Shown: positions 41,217-51,169 of the stretch, one piece after another
Position numbering within the stretch: the stretch's first letter is position 1
How the letters are laid out: every line of letters begins with the position of its first letter
NCBI GenBank assembly: GCA_041740355.1
Contig: JBGSMD010000030.1
Coordinates: forward strand, 32,001-96,000
Length of the DNA: 64,000 nucleotides
Reading direction: 5' to 3'
DNA from: Bdellovibrionota bacterium
Lineage (GTDB): Bacteria; Bdellovibrionota_C; UBA2361; CALJRW01
Translations under genes and position numbers: made by a program
Notes under the pieces: generated by a model
What the model was told of the DNA's origin: nothing
What the model saw: only the letters and a program-made list of their open reading frames with translations
Databases searched by the model: none

Positions 41217-43463
41217 TTAAAGATTCTTAAAATTTGGATTATCAATTCTGACTGCTAAGGTAGTGTTGCGGCGTTTGGCTAATGTCCTTTGGCAAGCAAT
41301 TTGTAAGGCCCGCTTACTACCAACAATAATTAATAATTTTTTTGCACGAGTCATTGCTGTGTAGAGTAGTTGTCGATCTAGTAGAATAAATTGTGATTCA
41401 TGTAAGACAATAATTACACATGGTATTTCAGAACCTTGTGAGCGATGGATCGTCATCGCGTAAGAAAGAGAGATTTGAGAAAGATCGCTTTTTTGATAAC
41501 GTACATGACGTCCATCCCAAAGTTCGATAATTGCTTCACCTGTTTGAGAATTGAGATCTTTAATTACACCTTGGTCACCATTAAAAACACCTTCTGGGTC
41601 AATTTGATAATTATTAACTCTTTGGCAAATACGATCACCAATCGCATAATATTGTTCACCAAGTTGAAGTCTAGCTTTATTTTCTGGAGGATTAATTCGC
41701 GCTTGAAGTTTCTGATTTAAGATTTCTGAACCAACCGGTCCTCTATTTGTGGCAGTAAGTAGCATGATTTGATCATTATTTATTCCAAATTTTTGAGGAA
41801 TTTGTTCAGCATAAAGGCTTTCCACTAAATTGGTGATTTCATGAGTTTCACGACGAGGAATTAAATAAACATCACTAGTTGTGTTGCCATCCGGAACTGG
41901 GATTTCTGGAAGTATTCCTGAATTTACTTGATGAGCAAATTCGACTATTGCTGATTTATTAGACTGACGAAAAATCTGATTCAAAACTATTCGAGGGGTA
42001 AGATCACTAGCGAGAATATCAGCCAGAACTTTTCCAGCACCAACCGAAGGTAATTGATCCTGATCCCCTACGATAATTAATTTTGTATCCTGATTTATGG
42101 CACTAAATAGATCTCGGGCTAGCAAGAGATCAATCATTGAAGCCTCGTCAATGATTAACAAATCTAACTGTTGCTCGTTCTCTAAATCTTCTTCCGTAAA
42201 CCTAATTGGATTGGCCAGATTATGTACAAAGGATTTTTTGATTGGATCAAAGCCGAGTAAGCGATGAATTGTGCTAGCAGGAATTTGGCACACTTCGCTG
42301 AGTCTTTGAGCAGCTTTACCCGTTGGGGCAGCAAGTTTGATTGTTTTATTAGCATTTTGAAAAATTTCTACGATCGAACGAACTAATGTTGTTTTACCAC
42401 AGCCTGGACCACCAGTAATAACTAAAAGATTTTGTTTGGCAGCTATATGTAATGCGTTAACCTGTTGTTCGCTTAAAGTAATTTGCTTCTTTTGAAGATT
42501 TTTTTCCAAAACGGCCGGTAGGAGTTCTGAAATATCTAATTTTAAATTCGATAAAACTGCTTTTTGCTGAATAAACTTGGCTAGATAAACTTCCGCATCA
42601 TAAATATTTTTTAAGTAGATTTTTTGATCTTCAACAATCACTTTATGATCAAAGACTAATTGTTCAATACTGGTAGTTAAGTCTTCAATCTCTTCAATTT
42701 TCAAAAGATATTTAGTGCGTTCATAGAGTTGATCTAATTCTAGAAAACAATGTCCATCATCTTGTAATTTAACCAGAGTAAAATAAATTCCTGCTTGGAT
42801 GCGAAGTGGACTGTGTAGATCCATGCCAGTATTTAGGGCAATTTGATCGGCACGATTAAATCCAAAGCCAGGTAAGTCTAAAGCAAGTTTATAAGGATTT
42901 GTTTTAATTACATCTAAGGCTTGTTCTTGATAGGTTTCAATAATTTTTTGAATTTGAAAATTACTTAGGCCTAATTCCATTAAGTAGCGACGCAACTCGA
43001 GGTGTTGGTTATGTTTGCCAAAAGTTTCTTGGATATCTTGAATGGTCTTTGGACCGATTCCCACCACTTCATTTAATCGAGATGGTTGTTGTTGGATAAT
43101 CTTGTAACTATCATCTCCAAAACGTTGATAAATATCTCCCGCTTTTTTTTCTCCAATTCCCGGAAATAAGCCGCTACTTAGAAAGTTAATCATACTTTCT
43201 TTACCTGACGGTGCTACTTGCTCCCAGAAAGCAACTTTAAACTGGCGGCCAAATTTAGGATGTTTAGCATATTGTCCACGAAGTAAAAGTTCTAATCCTG
43301 GGACTGTTGGGAGAGAATTTCCCACGACCGTTAAGGTCATTGGTGAATCAGCCGTTTCAAATTCCAAGATTGTAAAACCAGAAGTTGAATTACTAAAAGA
43401 TACTTTATTGATTTTGCCACGAATCAAAGTATTATTATTGGAGTTAAAAGAATTGTCGTTCAT
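41217..43463 (-). CDS. recD2: ATP-dependent RecD2-like DNA helicase
   Basis: HPKFGRQF, HhH motifs, GGPGCGKTT, APTGKAAQR, IIDEASM, GDQDQLPSVG, TIHRSQGSE, YTAMTRAK. Confidence 0.95.
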   Translation of the reverse strand: MNDNSFNSNNNTLIRGKINKVSFSNSTSGFTILEFETADSPMTLTVVGNSLPTVPGLELLLRGQYAKHPKFGRQFKVAFWEQVAPSGKESMINFLSSGLFPGIGEKKAGDIYQRFGDDSYKIIQQQPSRLNEVVGIGPKTIQDIQETFGKHNQHLELRRYLMELGLSNFQIQKIIETYQEQALDVIKTNPYKLALDLPGFGFNRADQIALNTGMDLHSPLRIQAGIYFTLVKLQDDGHCFLELDQLYERTKYLLKIEEIEDLTTSIEQLVFDHKVIVEDQKIYLKNIYDAEVYLAKFIQQKAVLSNLKLDISELLPAVLEKNLQKKQITLSEQQVNALHIAAKQNLLVITGGPGCGKTTLVRSIVEIFQNANKTIKLAAPTGKAAQRLSEVCQIPASTIHRLLGFDPIKKSFVHNLANPIRFTEEDLENEQQLDLLIIDEASMIDLLLARDLFSAINQDTKLIIVGDQDQLPSVGAGKVLADILASDLTPRIVLNQIFRQSNKSAIVEFAHQVNSGILPEIPVPDGNTTSDVYLIPRRETHEITNLVESLYAEQIPQKFGINNDQIMLLTATNRGPVGSEILNQKLQARINPPENKARLQLGEQYYAIGDRICQRVNNYQIDPEGVFNGDQGVIKDLNSQTGEAIIELWDGRHVRYQKSDLSQISLSYAMTIHRSQGSEIPCVIIVLHESQFILLDRQLLYTAMTRAKKLLIIVGSKRALQIACQRTLAKRRNTTLAVRIDNPNFKNL

Positions 43464-43482
43464 AAAGAAAGTTGACTGCCTT

Positions 43483-44223
43483 ATGCCAAAAAAAATAATT
43501 CTGACCAGAAGTACTGAAGATAATCAAGTTTTGGCTAAGCAGTTATTAGCATTAAATTATAGTGTTATCGAGTTTCCGGCAATTAAAATTGTAGATAACT
43601 TCAATTTAAATCAAGCAATCCAAGTTGAACAATATGATTGTTTAGTTTTTACCTCTGGGAAAGCAATTCAAGCCACAAGACGTTATTTTGAAAACCAGCA
43701 TGTAATTGTACCACAGACTACTTTGATTGCTGTTGTGGGACAAGCGTCGGCGAAAGTTTTTGAGGAATGTTTCCGAAGAAGACCAGAGATAGTAGCAAGA
43801 AATTCTAATAGCGAATCTTTAGTCGAAGATTTAATTCTTAAATTAGCTACTAAACAAAAAATTTTATTTTTAAGTGGCAATTTAAGCTTAGATATATTGC
43901 CTCGAAGATTGCGAGAACAAGGCTTTGCCGTAGATTTATTAGAAGTTTATCGTAATTTGATTCCAAAAGTTGAATTGCCTAGCCTAAGGGAAATATTGGC
44001 CGAGAATCCTGCAAATTTAATTTTTCCATTCTACAGCCCTTCAGCAGTGAATAATTGTATTATATTACTAGGTAATGACTCAGCTCTTTTGAATAAAGTT
44101 CAGATTATTAGTGTTGGTGCAAGAACAACTGCGCAGCTTTCAGTGCACCAACTTGTTCCAAAAGTTGAATTAACAAATCCTAATTCTCAAGATTTAATTT
44201 CTGCACTATTAACTCTTATTTAG
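43483..44223 (+). CDS. hemD: Uroporphyrinogen-III synthase
   Basis: IILTRS, FPAI, VFTS, AVVG, VYRN, FYSPSAV, VG..T; ATG 43483 avoids overlap with recD2. Confidence 0.88.
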   Translation: MPKKIILTRSTEDNQVLAKQLLALNYSVIEFPAIKIVDNFNLNQAIQVEQYDCLVFTSGKAIQATRRYFENQHVIVPQTTLIAVVGQASAKVFEECFRRRPEIVARNSNSESLVEDLILKLATKQKILFLSGNLSLDILPRRLREQGFAVDLLEVYRNLIPKVELPSLREILAENPANLIFPFYSPSAVNNCIILLGNDSALLNKVQIISVGARTTAQLSVHQLVPKVELTNPNSQDLISALLTLI

Positions 44224-44698
44224 GAAAGAGGATTGCTTGTGATTTAATAGATATCTTATCTTTCCAATAATCAATATAACGAGCAGTATTTTCTAGGTAT
44301 ATTTGGAATTCCTGATTTGTGATCCTTAAGCGTTTTTTGCCTTTATTTTGGATTGCAAAATCAGCATCTAGTAATACTGTTAGATGTTTTAAATTAGCAT
44401 TACGACTTTTCCAATTAATGTCACAAGTGTTAAGCTCGTATAAAATAAATGGGATAATGGACATTTCAGCGGAGTCTGACACTGAAGATGGAAAGCCACG
44501 AGATCCTAAATATTTTATAATTAGTTGGATTCGCTCGGCGCGCTTTTCCATTAATGGATCCAAAAAGATGATATATTTTGTATTTAGCTCTTGTTGGAGT
44601 AATTCAATAATCTCCTCAGCCGTAAACAAATCTCCCCAGATCCGAAATTTAATTTGATCAATAAGTTGAGAAAAAATATTAGAATTATTAGAAGCCAT
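44216..44698 (-). CDS. Hypothetical protein
   Basis: 160-aa ORF between hemD and serS; no motif recognised. Confidence 0.55.
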   Translation of the reverse strand: MASNNSNIFSQLIDQIKFRIWGDLFTAEEIIELLQQELNTKYIIFLDPLMEKRAERIQLIIKYLGSRGFPSSVSDSAEMSIIPFILYELNTCDINWKSRNANLKHLTVLLDADFAIQNKGKKRLRITNQEFQIYLENTARYIDYWKDKISIKSQAILFPK

Positions 44699-44879
44699 AG
44701 GGGAGAAAAAACCTTAACTATGATTATTTTATGGCTAAATTGAGAAATAGTACAGACATTGAATTAAGCTTGATAAAGATCACACAAAAATTCGCAACTC
44801 CCAGTATATAAATAAGAGTGAGTCTTATGCCGATGCTGTGAGTATTTACAGTAATAAATCTTCCCTATATATTAGCAAA

Positions 44880-46160
44880 ATGATTGATTTAAACCACTTA
44901 CGAACAAACCCCGAATTATATGAAGCTGCCTGTAAAAGCAAAGGTGTCAATTTTAATATAACTGAGTTTTTAGAACTCGATCGGGAGTACCGTGTTTCCA
45001 AACAAAAAGCAGAAGAGATGCGTTCTCGTCAAAATGCCGTTAGTAAAGAAATGCCCAAACTTACAGGCCTTGCCAAGGAATCTAAGTTAATGGAAATGAA
45101 ACAACTGGCTAATGAGTTAAAAGATTTTTCAACAAATCTGGGAGAGTTAGAAACTAAATGGGGGCGCATGCAACTGCTAATCCCAGCGGTGCCTTTAGCC
45201 ACAGTTCCCCATGGTGTGACGGACGCAGATAATGTGGAAAGAAGAACTTGGGGGACAATTCCAGAATTTGATTATGAAATTAGAGATCATGTTGCCTTAG
45301 GAGATCTTTTAGATATTATTGATATTCCACGTGGAGTTAAAGTTGCTGGCGCTCGTAATTACTTTTTGAAAGGTGCTGGGGCAATGATGCAACACGCGAT
45401 TCTTTCACTAGCGATGGAGGTACTTGAGCAGGAAAATTATACAATCATGGATTGCCCACACTTAGTCTTAAAAGAAAGTATGGAAGGAACCGGGTATTTT
45501 CCTGGTGGTGAAGAAATGGCATTTCATTTGGATAGTCGTGACGACAATCATTATTTGATTGGTACTTCTGAAGTTTCTGTTTGTTCCTATCACAAAGATG
45601 AGATTTTAGATCTAGCAGAATTGCCCTTAAGATATGCTGGTTATTCACCTTGTTATCGCCGTGAAGCAGGTACTTATGGAAAGGATACTCATGGTTTGTA
45701 TCGAGTGCACCAGTTCTATAAAGTAGAGCAAGTTGTGATCTGCAAAGCCTGTCCCGAGGAATCAGCCCGTTTACATCAAGAGTTGTTAAATAATGCGGAG
45801 AAAGTTTTACAGCTTTTAGAATTACCATATCGTGTAGTTGATGTTTGTACTGGTGATATGGGCCAAGGACAAGTTTATAAAAATGATATCGAAGTTTGGA
45901 TGCCATCAAGAAAGGCTTATGGCGAAACTCATAGCTGTTCTACGTTCTATGACTTTCAAGCAAGACGTTTGAAGTTAAGATACAAAGATCAAGATGGTAA
46001 TAATGTACTTTGCCATACACTTAATAATACTTGCGTAGCTTCCCCTCGAATTTTAATTCCACTTCTTGAACTGAATCAAAATGAAGATGGCAGTATTAAT
46101 ATCCCAAAAGCTTTGCAAAAGTTTATGGGTGGAAAAACAGTAATTAAACCAAAGAATTAA
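44880..46160 (+). CDS. serS: Serine--tRNA ligase
   Basis: MID...LR start, LIGTSEV, CYRREAG, GLYRVHQF.KVEQ, ETHSCS, HTLN; ATG 44880 preferred. Confidence 0.97.
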   Translation: MIDLNHLRTNPELYEAACKSKGVNFNITEFLELDREYRVSKQKAEEMRSRQNAVSKEMPKLTGLAKESKLMEMKQLANELKDFSTNLGELETKWGRMQLLIPAVPLATVPHGVTDADNVERRTWGTIPEFDYEIRDHVALGDLLDIIDIPRGVKVAGARNYFLKGAGAMMQHAILSLAMEVLEQENYTIMDCPHLVLKESMEGTGYFPGGEEMAFHLDSRDDNHYLIGTSEVSVCSYHKDEILDLAELPLRYAGYSPCYRREAGTYGKDTHGLYRVHQFYKVEQVVICKACPEESARLHQELLNNAEKVLQLLELPYRVVDVCTGDMGQGQVYKNDIEVWMPSRKAYGETHSCSTFYDFQARRLKLRYKDQDGNNVLCHTLNNTCVASPRILIPLLELNQNEDGSINIPKALQKFMGGKTVIKPKN

Positions 46161-46162
46161 AT

Positions 46163-46912
46163 TTGATTGCAACAAGCCAAGCTCTGATCAAATCATTTGC
46201 AGATTTACATGCCAAGAAGATAGGCTTGCTCGGAGGAACTTTCGATCCTCCGCATTATGGGCATCTGCAAATTGCTAAGGAGAATAAAAAACGTTACCAA
46301 TTAGATTGTGTCGTCTTTATTCCAGCAAAGAAAAATCCACTTAAAGATTCCGGGCCGATTGCCAGTGATGCGGAGCGAATTAGAATGCTTGAATTGTTAG
46401 TTGCAGGAGAAGAAGGTTTGTTTGTTTCAAATTTAGAAGTTATTAGTTCAGAGCCATCATTCACTTTTAATACACTTCAAAAAATCAAATCGGAAATAGA
46501 CCCCAAGGCAGAATTACACTTAATTTTAGGTACTGATAACCTTTTCGACCAAAATGGCAAACATACTTCTCTGCCTTACTGGAAAAATATGTCGGAGATT
46601 TTTAAATTAGCTAATTTAAGTTTTGTAGCCCGAGATAGTTTTAAACCAGAAGAGCTAAGTTTAGTTGATCGCGAAAAATATAGTTTAGAGGAATGGCAAG
46701 AAATTGAAAGAAATATAATCCCCTTAAACTTATCAATCTCAGCAACTCAGATTAGAACAGGCATCTATCAGCCAGATTTCCCAAAAGATATCCTCCCAGT
46801 AAAAGTGTCTGATTACATTACTGCTAATAAAATTTATCTGCCCAAGGCAAATAAATTATCTAAAGCTTTGCTTCAATTTCCTAAGTTTTCTGTCCATAAT
46901 GACGACCTGTAG
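46163..46912 (+). CDS. nadD: Nicotinate-nucleotide adenylyltransferase
   Basis: GGTFDPPHYGH, ILGTD, W, ISATQIR. Confidence 0.93.
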   Translation: MIATSQALIKSFADLHAKKIGLLGGTFDPPHYGHLQIAKENKKRYQLDCVVFIPAKKNPLKDSGPIASDAERIRMLELLVAGEEGLFVSNLEVISSEPSFTFNTLQKIKSEIDPKAELHLILGTDNLFDQNGKHTSLPYWKNMSEIFKLANLSFVARDSFKPEELSLVDREKYSLEEWQEIERNIIPLNLSISATQIRTGIYQPDFPKDILPVKVSDYITANKIYLPKANKLSKALLQFPKFSVHNDDL

Positions 46913-47651
46913 ACTCTTTGAATTCTTTACGAAATTGTTTAATATTTTTCAGTCTTGGCATTACCGCACGATTCCATTTCGATTTAGTTTTTTTTAAGTC
47001 AGCAATTATCTCCGGTTCATATTTGCCAAATTGAGAATTCTCAAATTCACGGCTAAGTTTGCGAATAGTATTTAAGCGAATTTGAAGACCCGGTGGTAAC
47101 TTCCCATTGTACCCAATAACTACACGCAGATCATCTTTGAAATGCTTTTTTAGATCTTTCAATGTTTTAGATACTACTAGAATATATTCAGTTCTTAGGG
47201 CACCAACGAAACGTAGTGTTTCACCCGAAGCTTTGTTAAGTAGATCAGGAGTAATGATTGGTTGTAATTGTGAAAGTAATTTGTGAACTGAGTGGTGGTC
47301 TTTCCAATTATGATGAAAATCAATTACATCTAACAAAAGCTTCTGAACTTGTGGATTGTTAATTAACTTTGGCTGCTTAATAATTATAGATGCAATTTTA
47401 TCTGTTACTAATTCTGATTTACCAGTTAATTTATTCCTTATTGAATGATCGTAGTGAGGTAGCTGTTGGAGCTCGTGAATAGCCGCTACAAAACTTCTCT
47501 GACGTAAGTCTTGAGGACTAGCAGCTTCAATAATTCGGACACCAAGTCTAGGTTCTTCTTTGGTAGTTTTAGCTTCACTTAGACTCTGATGAGCTCTATG
47601 TAATACCTTTAAAATCATAACTTCATTTTTTAAAAAATTTAACCTTCTCAA
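46881..47651 (-). CDS. Hypothetical basic protein
   Basis: 256-aa ORF with uncertain start; no motif recognised. Confidence 0.55.
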   Translation of the reverse strand: MRRLNFLKNEVMILKVLHRAHQSLSEAKTTKEEPRLGVRIIEAASPQDLRQRSFVAAIHELQQLPHYDHSIRNKLTGKSELVTDKIASIIIKQPKLINNPQVQKLLLDVIDFHHNWKDHHSVHKLLSQLQPIITPDLLNKASGETLRFVGALRTEYILVVSKTLKDLKKHFKDDLRVVIGYNGKLPPGLQIRLNTIRKLSREFENSQFGKYEPEIIADLKKTKSKWNRAVMPRLKNIKQFRKEFKESTGRHYGQKT

Positions 47652-47922
47652 ATTAGAGAATGATTTTTAATAAGAATGTACATCGCGTTCTAAGTAACGC
47701 GGAGTAGTATATCTGTTATTAAATTATTAAGGAATAATGTGTGGTTTAAACTAGATTAAATTTAAATTTTCCTAAGAGAGACTTAACAGCTTGAAATAAC
47801 TAGATAAATCAATATGCATTCCTGATAAGTTGAGTCTGTGAATGTCGTAATCCAAATTACTTATTTTCTATTCAATTTTTAGCCTGTATTGCAAGGGCTA
47901 GTTTTCTAGGCATTAAGATGAT

Positions 47923-48107
47923 TATAGTTATTACAAAAAGTCATTCCCTATGGAACGAACTTTTTGGACTCTATATGAGACCTGCTTAAAATCTCATTTT
48001 TTTACGAGGCCAGCAATTTTGCAAATTTTAACTTACTGAATTTATTAAATCTTATTTTTGCAAAATTGCTATCCTGATTAACAATCAAGGGTTTTAAGCA
48101 TGTCTTA
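47923..48107. repeat. Collapsed copy of the MITE-like element (47923-47975) plus an adjacent nested inverted-repeat element (47976-48107)
   Basis: TATAGTTATTACAAAAAGT..TTCC....GGAA...ACTTTTTGGACT; TGAGACCTGCTTAAAA..TTTTAAGCATGTCTTA with inner perfect 14-bp IR AGCAATTTTGCAAA/TTTGCAAAATTGCT. Confidence 0.7.
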
Positions 48108-48170
48108 CTATATAACTTTAGTTTCTTGTGAAGCTTTAAGCTTTTAAAGATAAATGTTAAATTACTTTTT

Positions 48171-49211
48171 ATGCTTTCAGAATCATTACTAATTAAATCA
48201 TATCGAGGTCAACCTGTTCCCAGACCACCAATTTGGCTAATGCGTCAGGCGGGACGTTACTTGCCGGAATATTTAGCAGTTCGAGCTAAGTATTCAATTA
48301 ACGAGGTAATAAATAATCCCGACCTTGCTTTTGAAGTTACAATGCAACCTATCCGTCGCTTTGGTTTTGATGCCTCAATTGTTTTTGCTGATTTACTAAC
48401 ACCACTTCAAGGTTTGGGTTTTAAATTTGATTTTTTAGAATCTATTGGACCAAAGCTGGAAGCACCAATTAAGGATGTTCGTGACCTAGAAAGGCTTACT
48501 ACATTTATACCAGAAGAAGCTGTGGCTGGAACTTTGGATGCGATTAAATTACTATCTGCCGAGCTGCAAAAAACATCCACACCTTTAATTGGTTTTGCTG
48601 GAGCGCCATTTACGGTGTCTTCCTATTTAATTGAGGGGAAGAGTAATCCGAAGCTAAATCTTACCAAAAAATTCTTTTTTGAAAATCCTGAGGCTTGGGC
48701 AAAATTGCAGGAACATCTGGTCGTGGCCTTAACAGATTACCTTCTGGCTCAAGTCCAAGCTGGATGCCAAGCATTACAAATCTTTGATTCTTGGTTGGGT
48801 GGAATGAGTCTCCGGCAATATCAAATTTTTGTTAAACCTTATTTGGAAAAATTAATTACTAACTTAAAAGCTAAGACCGATTGCCCAATTGTTTTTTTTG
48901 GAACTGGACTTTATCATTTATCTTCAGAGCTAAAGAATCTAAATGTGGAATGTCAGGGGGTGGATTGGAGACAAAGTTTAACAGTTGCCACTCAAGCCCT
49001 TGGTGGTAAATTTTGTTTACAAGGTAACCTTGATCCACTAATGCTTTTTGCCGACTGGCAGCAAATCGAAATTGAAGTTGATCAGATCTTACGAGAAGCA
49101 GAAGGACTTTCTGGATTTGTTTTCAATTTAGGACATGGAATTCTTCCACAGACTCCGATTGCTAATGTGGAAAAGTTGGTCGAAAAACTTAAAAATTACG
49201 GCTCTAGATAA
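48171..49211 (+). CDS. hemE: Uroporphyrinogen decarboxylase
   Basis: PIWLMRQAGRYLPEY, IGFAGAPFT, QIFDSW, QGNLDP, FNLGHG. Confidence 0.97.
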   Translation: MLSESLLIKSYRGQPVPRPPIWLMRQAGRYLPEYLAVRAKYSINEVINNPDLAFEVTMQPIRRFGFDASIVFADLLTPLQGLGFKFDFLESIGPKLEAPIKDVRDLERLTTFIPEEAVAGTLDAIKLLSAELQKTSTPLIGFAGAPFTVSSYLIEGKSNPKLNLTKKFFFENPEAWAKLQEHLVVALTDYLLAQVQAGCQALQIFDSWLGGMSLRQYQIFVKPYLEKLITNLKAKTDCPIVFFGTGLYHLSSELKNLNVECQGVDWRQSLTVATQALGGKFCLQGNLDPLMLFADWQQIEIEVDQILREAEGLSGFVFNLGHGILPQTPIANVEKLVEKLKNYGSR

Positions 49212-49849
49212 TGATACAAATTGAAACTATAGAAGTAACTCCAATTCAACAAAATTGTCGGGTTGTCTATGACACTGAAAGTAAATCAGCCGTAGTTGTT
49301 GATCCTGGTGGAGACGTAGATTTAATCGTTAATTTCCTTAATTCCCAAAGCTTGAAATTAGAAGCAATTTGGTTAACTCACTCGCATTATGATCATTGTG
49401 GGGGTGTTGCCACGTTACTTAAGAAATTACCAGTTAAGTTATTTGGACATATCGAAGGTCGTTTGTTTCGTGAAGCTGTAGAGTATTCTGCTTCCCGCTT
49501 TGGTGGACGAGCAAAGGATATGAGTAATTGCCCTGAGCCTGATGTTTATCTAAATGAAGGGGACAATCTTCAAGTTGGTGGACATAAATTTCAAGTATTT
49601 TACACACCGGGACATGCACCTGACCATCTAGTTTTTTATTATCAACCACAAAACACCCTAATTGCAGGGGACACGGTCTTTCGTCAGTCAATAGGTCGAA
49701 CAGATTTACCAGGTGGAAACTATCAGTTGTTAATTGAGAGTATCCGTAATAAAATCCTAACACTACCTGAGAAAACCGAGATCTTACCTGGCCATGGTCC
49801 AAACACAACTGTTGGCTTCGAAAAATCCTATAATCAATTTTTAAGGTAA
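49211..49849 (+). CDS. MBL-fold metallo-hydrolase (glyoxalase II/YcbL-like)
   Basis: THSHYDH, TPGH, AGD, GRTDLPGG, PGHGP. Confidence 0.92.
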   Translation: MIQIETIEVTPIQQNCRVVYDTESKSAVVVDPGGDVDLIVNFLNSQSLKLEAIWLTHSHYDHCGGVATLLKKLPVKLFGHIEGRLFREAVEYSASRFGGRAKDMSNCPEPDVYLNEGDNLQVGGHKFQVFYTPGHAPDHLVFYYQPQNTLIAGDTVFRQSIGRTDLPGGNYQLLIESIRNKILTLPEKTEILPGHGPNTTVGFEKSYNQFLR

Positions 49850-49955
49850 TCAGGTTAGACTTAAATTCAGTCTTTAGTGCCTAGATTGCACTATGCTTAT
49901 GAGAGTCTCCAAAGGAGATCTGTTAAAGAAATTTTATTCAGTAAATTAAATAGTT

Positions 49956-51164
49956 ATGGCTTATTCACATGTTGGTAGAAATAAAGTTTTACTAGGAGTT
50001 TCTGGCTCAATCGCAGCTTACAAAGCCCTAGAGTTAGTGCGTTTGCTTGTTAAGCGTGGATTAGAAGTCAAAGTAATTATGACGCAGTCAGCAGAAGAGT
50101 TTATTCGTCCGCTTAGCTTTGAAACGTTAACAAAAAATCCCGTAGTAACTTCTTTATGGGATCCCTTGGCGTCAGACTCAATTAATCATGTGGAGTTGGG
50201 CTCATGGGCCGATGTCTTTGCAATTGTTCCAGCTACGGCAGAAACAATTTCCGGCTTGGCTTATGGACAAGCGAATAATGAGATCTTGGCCACTGCTCTA
50301 ATTACTAGGGTTCCGATGATGATTGCGCCAGCCATGAATACGAATATGTATACTCATCCAGCAACACAAGCGAACTTGCAGATTCTTAAATCACGAGGAG
50401 TTGAAGTAATTGAACCAATCGAAGGGGACTTAGCCTGTGGATGGAATGGAACTGGATGCTTAGCGGATGTCTATGAAATCCAGTATCGAATCTTAAGAGC
50501 TTTAACAGTTCATGATTATGCAGATAAGAAAATTGTTATTACTGCTGGGCCAACTAGAGAGATGATTGATCCAGTACGATTCATGACAAACCGCTCTTCC
50601 GGTAAGATGGGGATAGCATTAGCTAAAGAAGCATATTTAAGAGGAGCCGATGTTGAATTGATTCATGGACCAATTCACGTTCGGGTTCCTGCTGGCATAA
50701 AGTTAACTCCTGTGCTTTCCGCTGATGATATGAAGGAAGCAGTTCTTAATTCCTTTACTCCCGAAGTTGATATCGTAGTAATGGCAGCAGCAGTAGCTGA
50801 TTACAAACCAAAACATGCCGAAGATTCTAAGATTAAGAAAACTGGGGACTGGAAGAGTCTGGAACTAGTGCCAAATGATGATATCTTGCAAGTGCTTGGA
50901 GAGAAACGTGGTAAAGATGGTAGTCCAAAGTTAGTTGGCTTTGCCGTGGAAACATGTGATGAAGAGCAATTAATCGAGTTTGTTCATCAAAAAATTGCCC
51001 GTAAAAAAGTTGATTTAATAGTTGGAAATTTGGCGCATGAATCTTTAGATCGCGAAACTAATCATGTTTGGATTGTTGATAAGATTGGAAGAAGTGAGGA
51101 GGTATCTACTACATACAAAAGTAGAATTGCCCGAAAGATATTAGACTTTGTTCATAAGTTATAG
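49956..51164 (+). CDS. coaBC: Bifunctional phosphopantothenoylcysteine decarboxylase/ligase
   Basis: GSIAAYK, PAMN, LACG..G.G, TAGPTRE.IDPVRF.TNRSSGKMG, AAAVADY, VGFAVE. Confidence 0.96.
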   Translation: MAYSHVGRNKVLLGVSGSIAAYKALELVRLLVKRGLEVKVIMTQSAEEFIRPLSFETLTKNPVVTSLWDPLASDSINHVELGSWADVFAIVPATAETISGLAYGQANNEILATALITRVPMMIAPAMNTNMYTHPATQANLQILKSRGVEVIEPIEGDLACGWNGTGCLADVYEIQYRILRALTVHDYADKKIVITAGPTREMIDPVRFMTNRSSGKMGIALAKEAYLRGADVELIHGPIHVRVPAGIKLTPVLSADDMKEAVLNSFTPEVDIVVMAAAVADYKPKHAEDSKIKKTGDWKSLELVPNDDILQVLGEKRGKDGSPKLVGFAVETCDEEQLIEFVHQKIARKKVDLIVGNLAHESLDRETNHVWIVDKIGRSEEVSTTYKSRIARKILDFVHKL

Positions 51165-51169
51165 CCTTA

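Noticed and set aside
41217-43463. Helicase as part of a defence or mobile system
   Set aside because: Full-length ordinary RecD2 architecture among housekeeping genes, with no nuclease or defence partners.
43408-43482. Extended N-termini in the ORF track for hemD (43408), serS (44838) and the GT-C gene (37141)
   Set aside because: Family-typical N-termini begin at downstream ATGs (43483, 44880, 37177); the hemD extension would overlap recD2.
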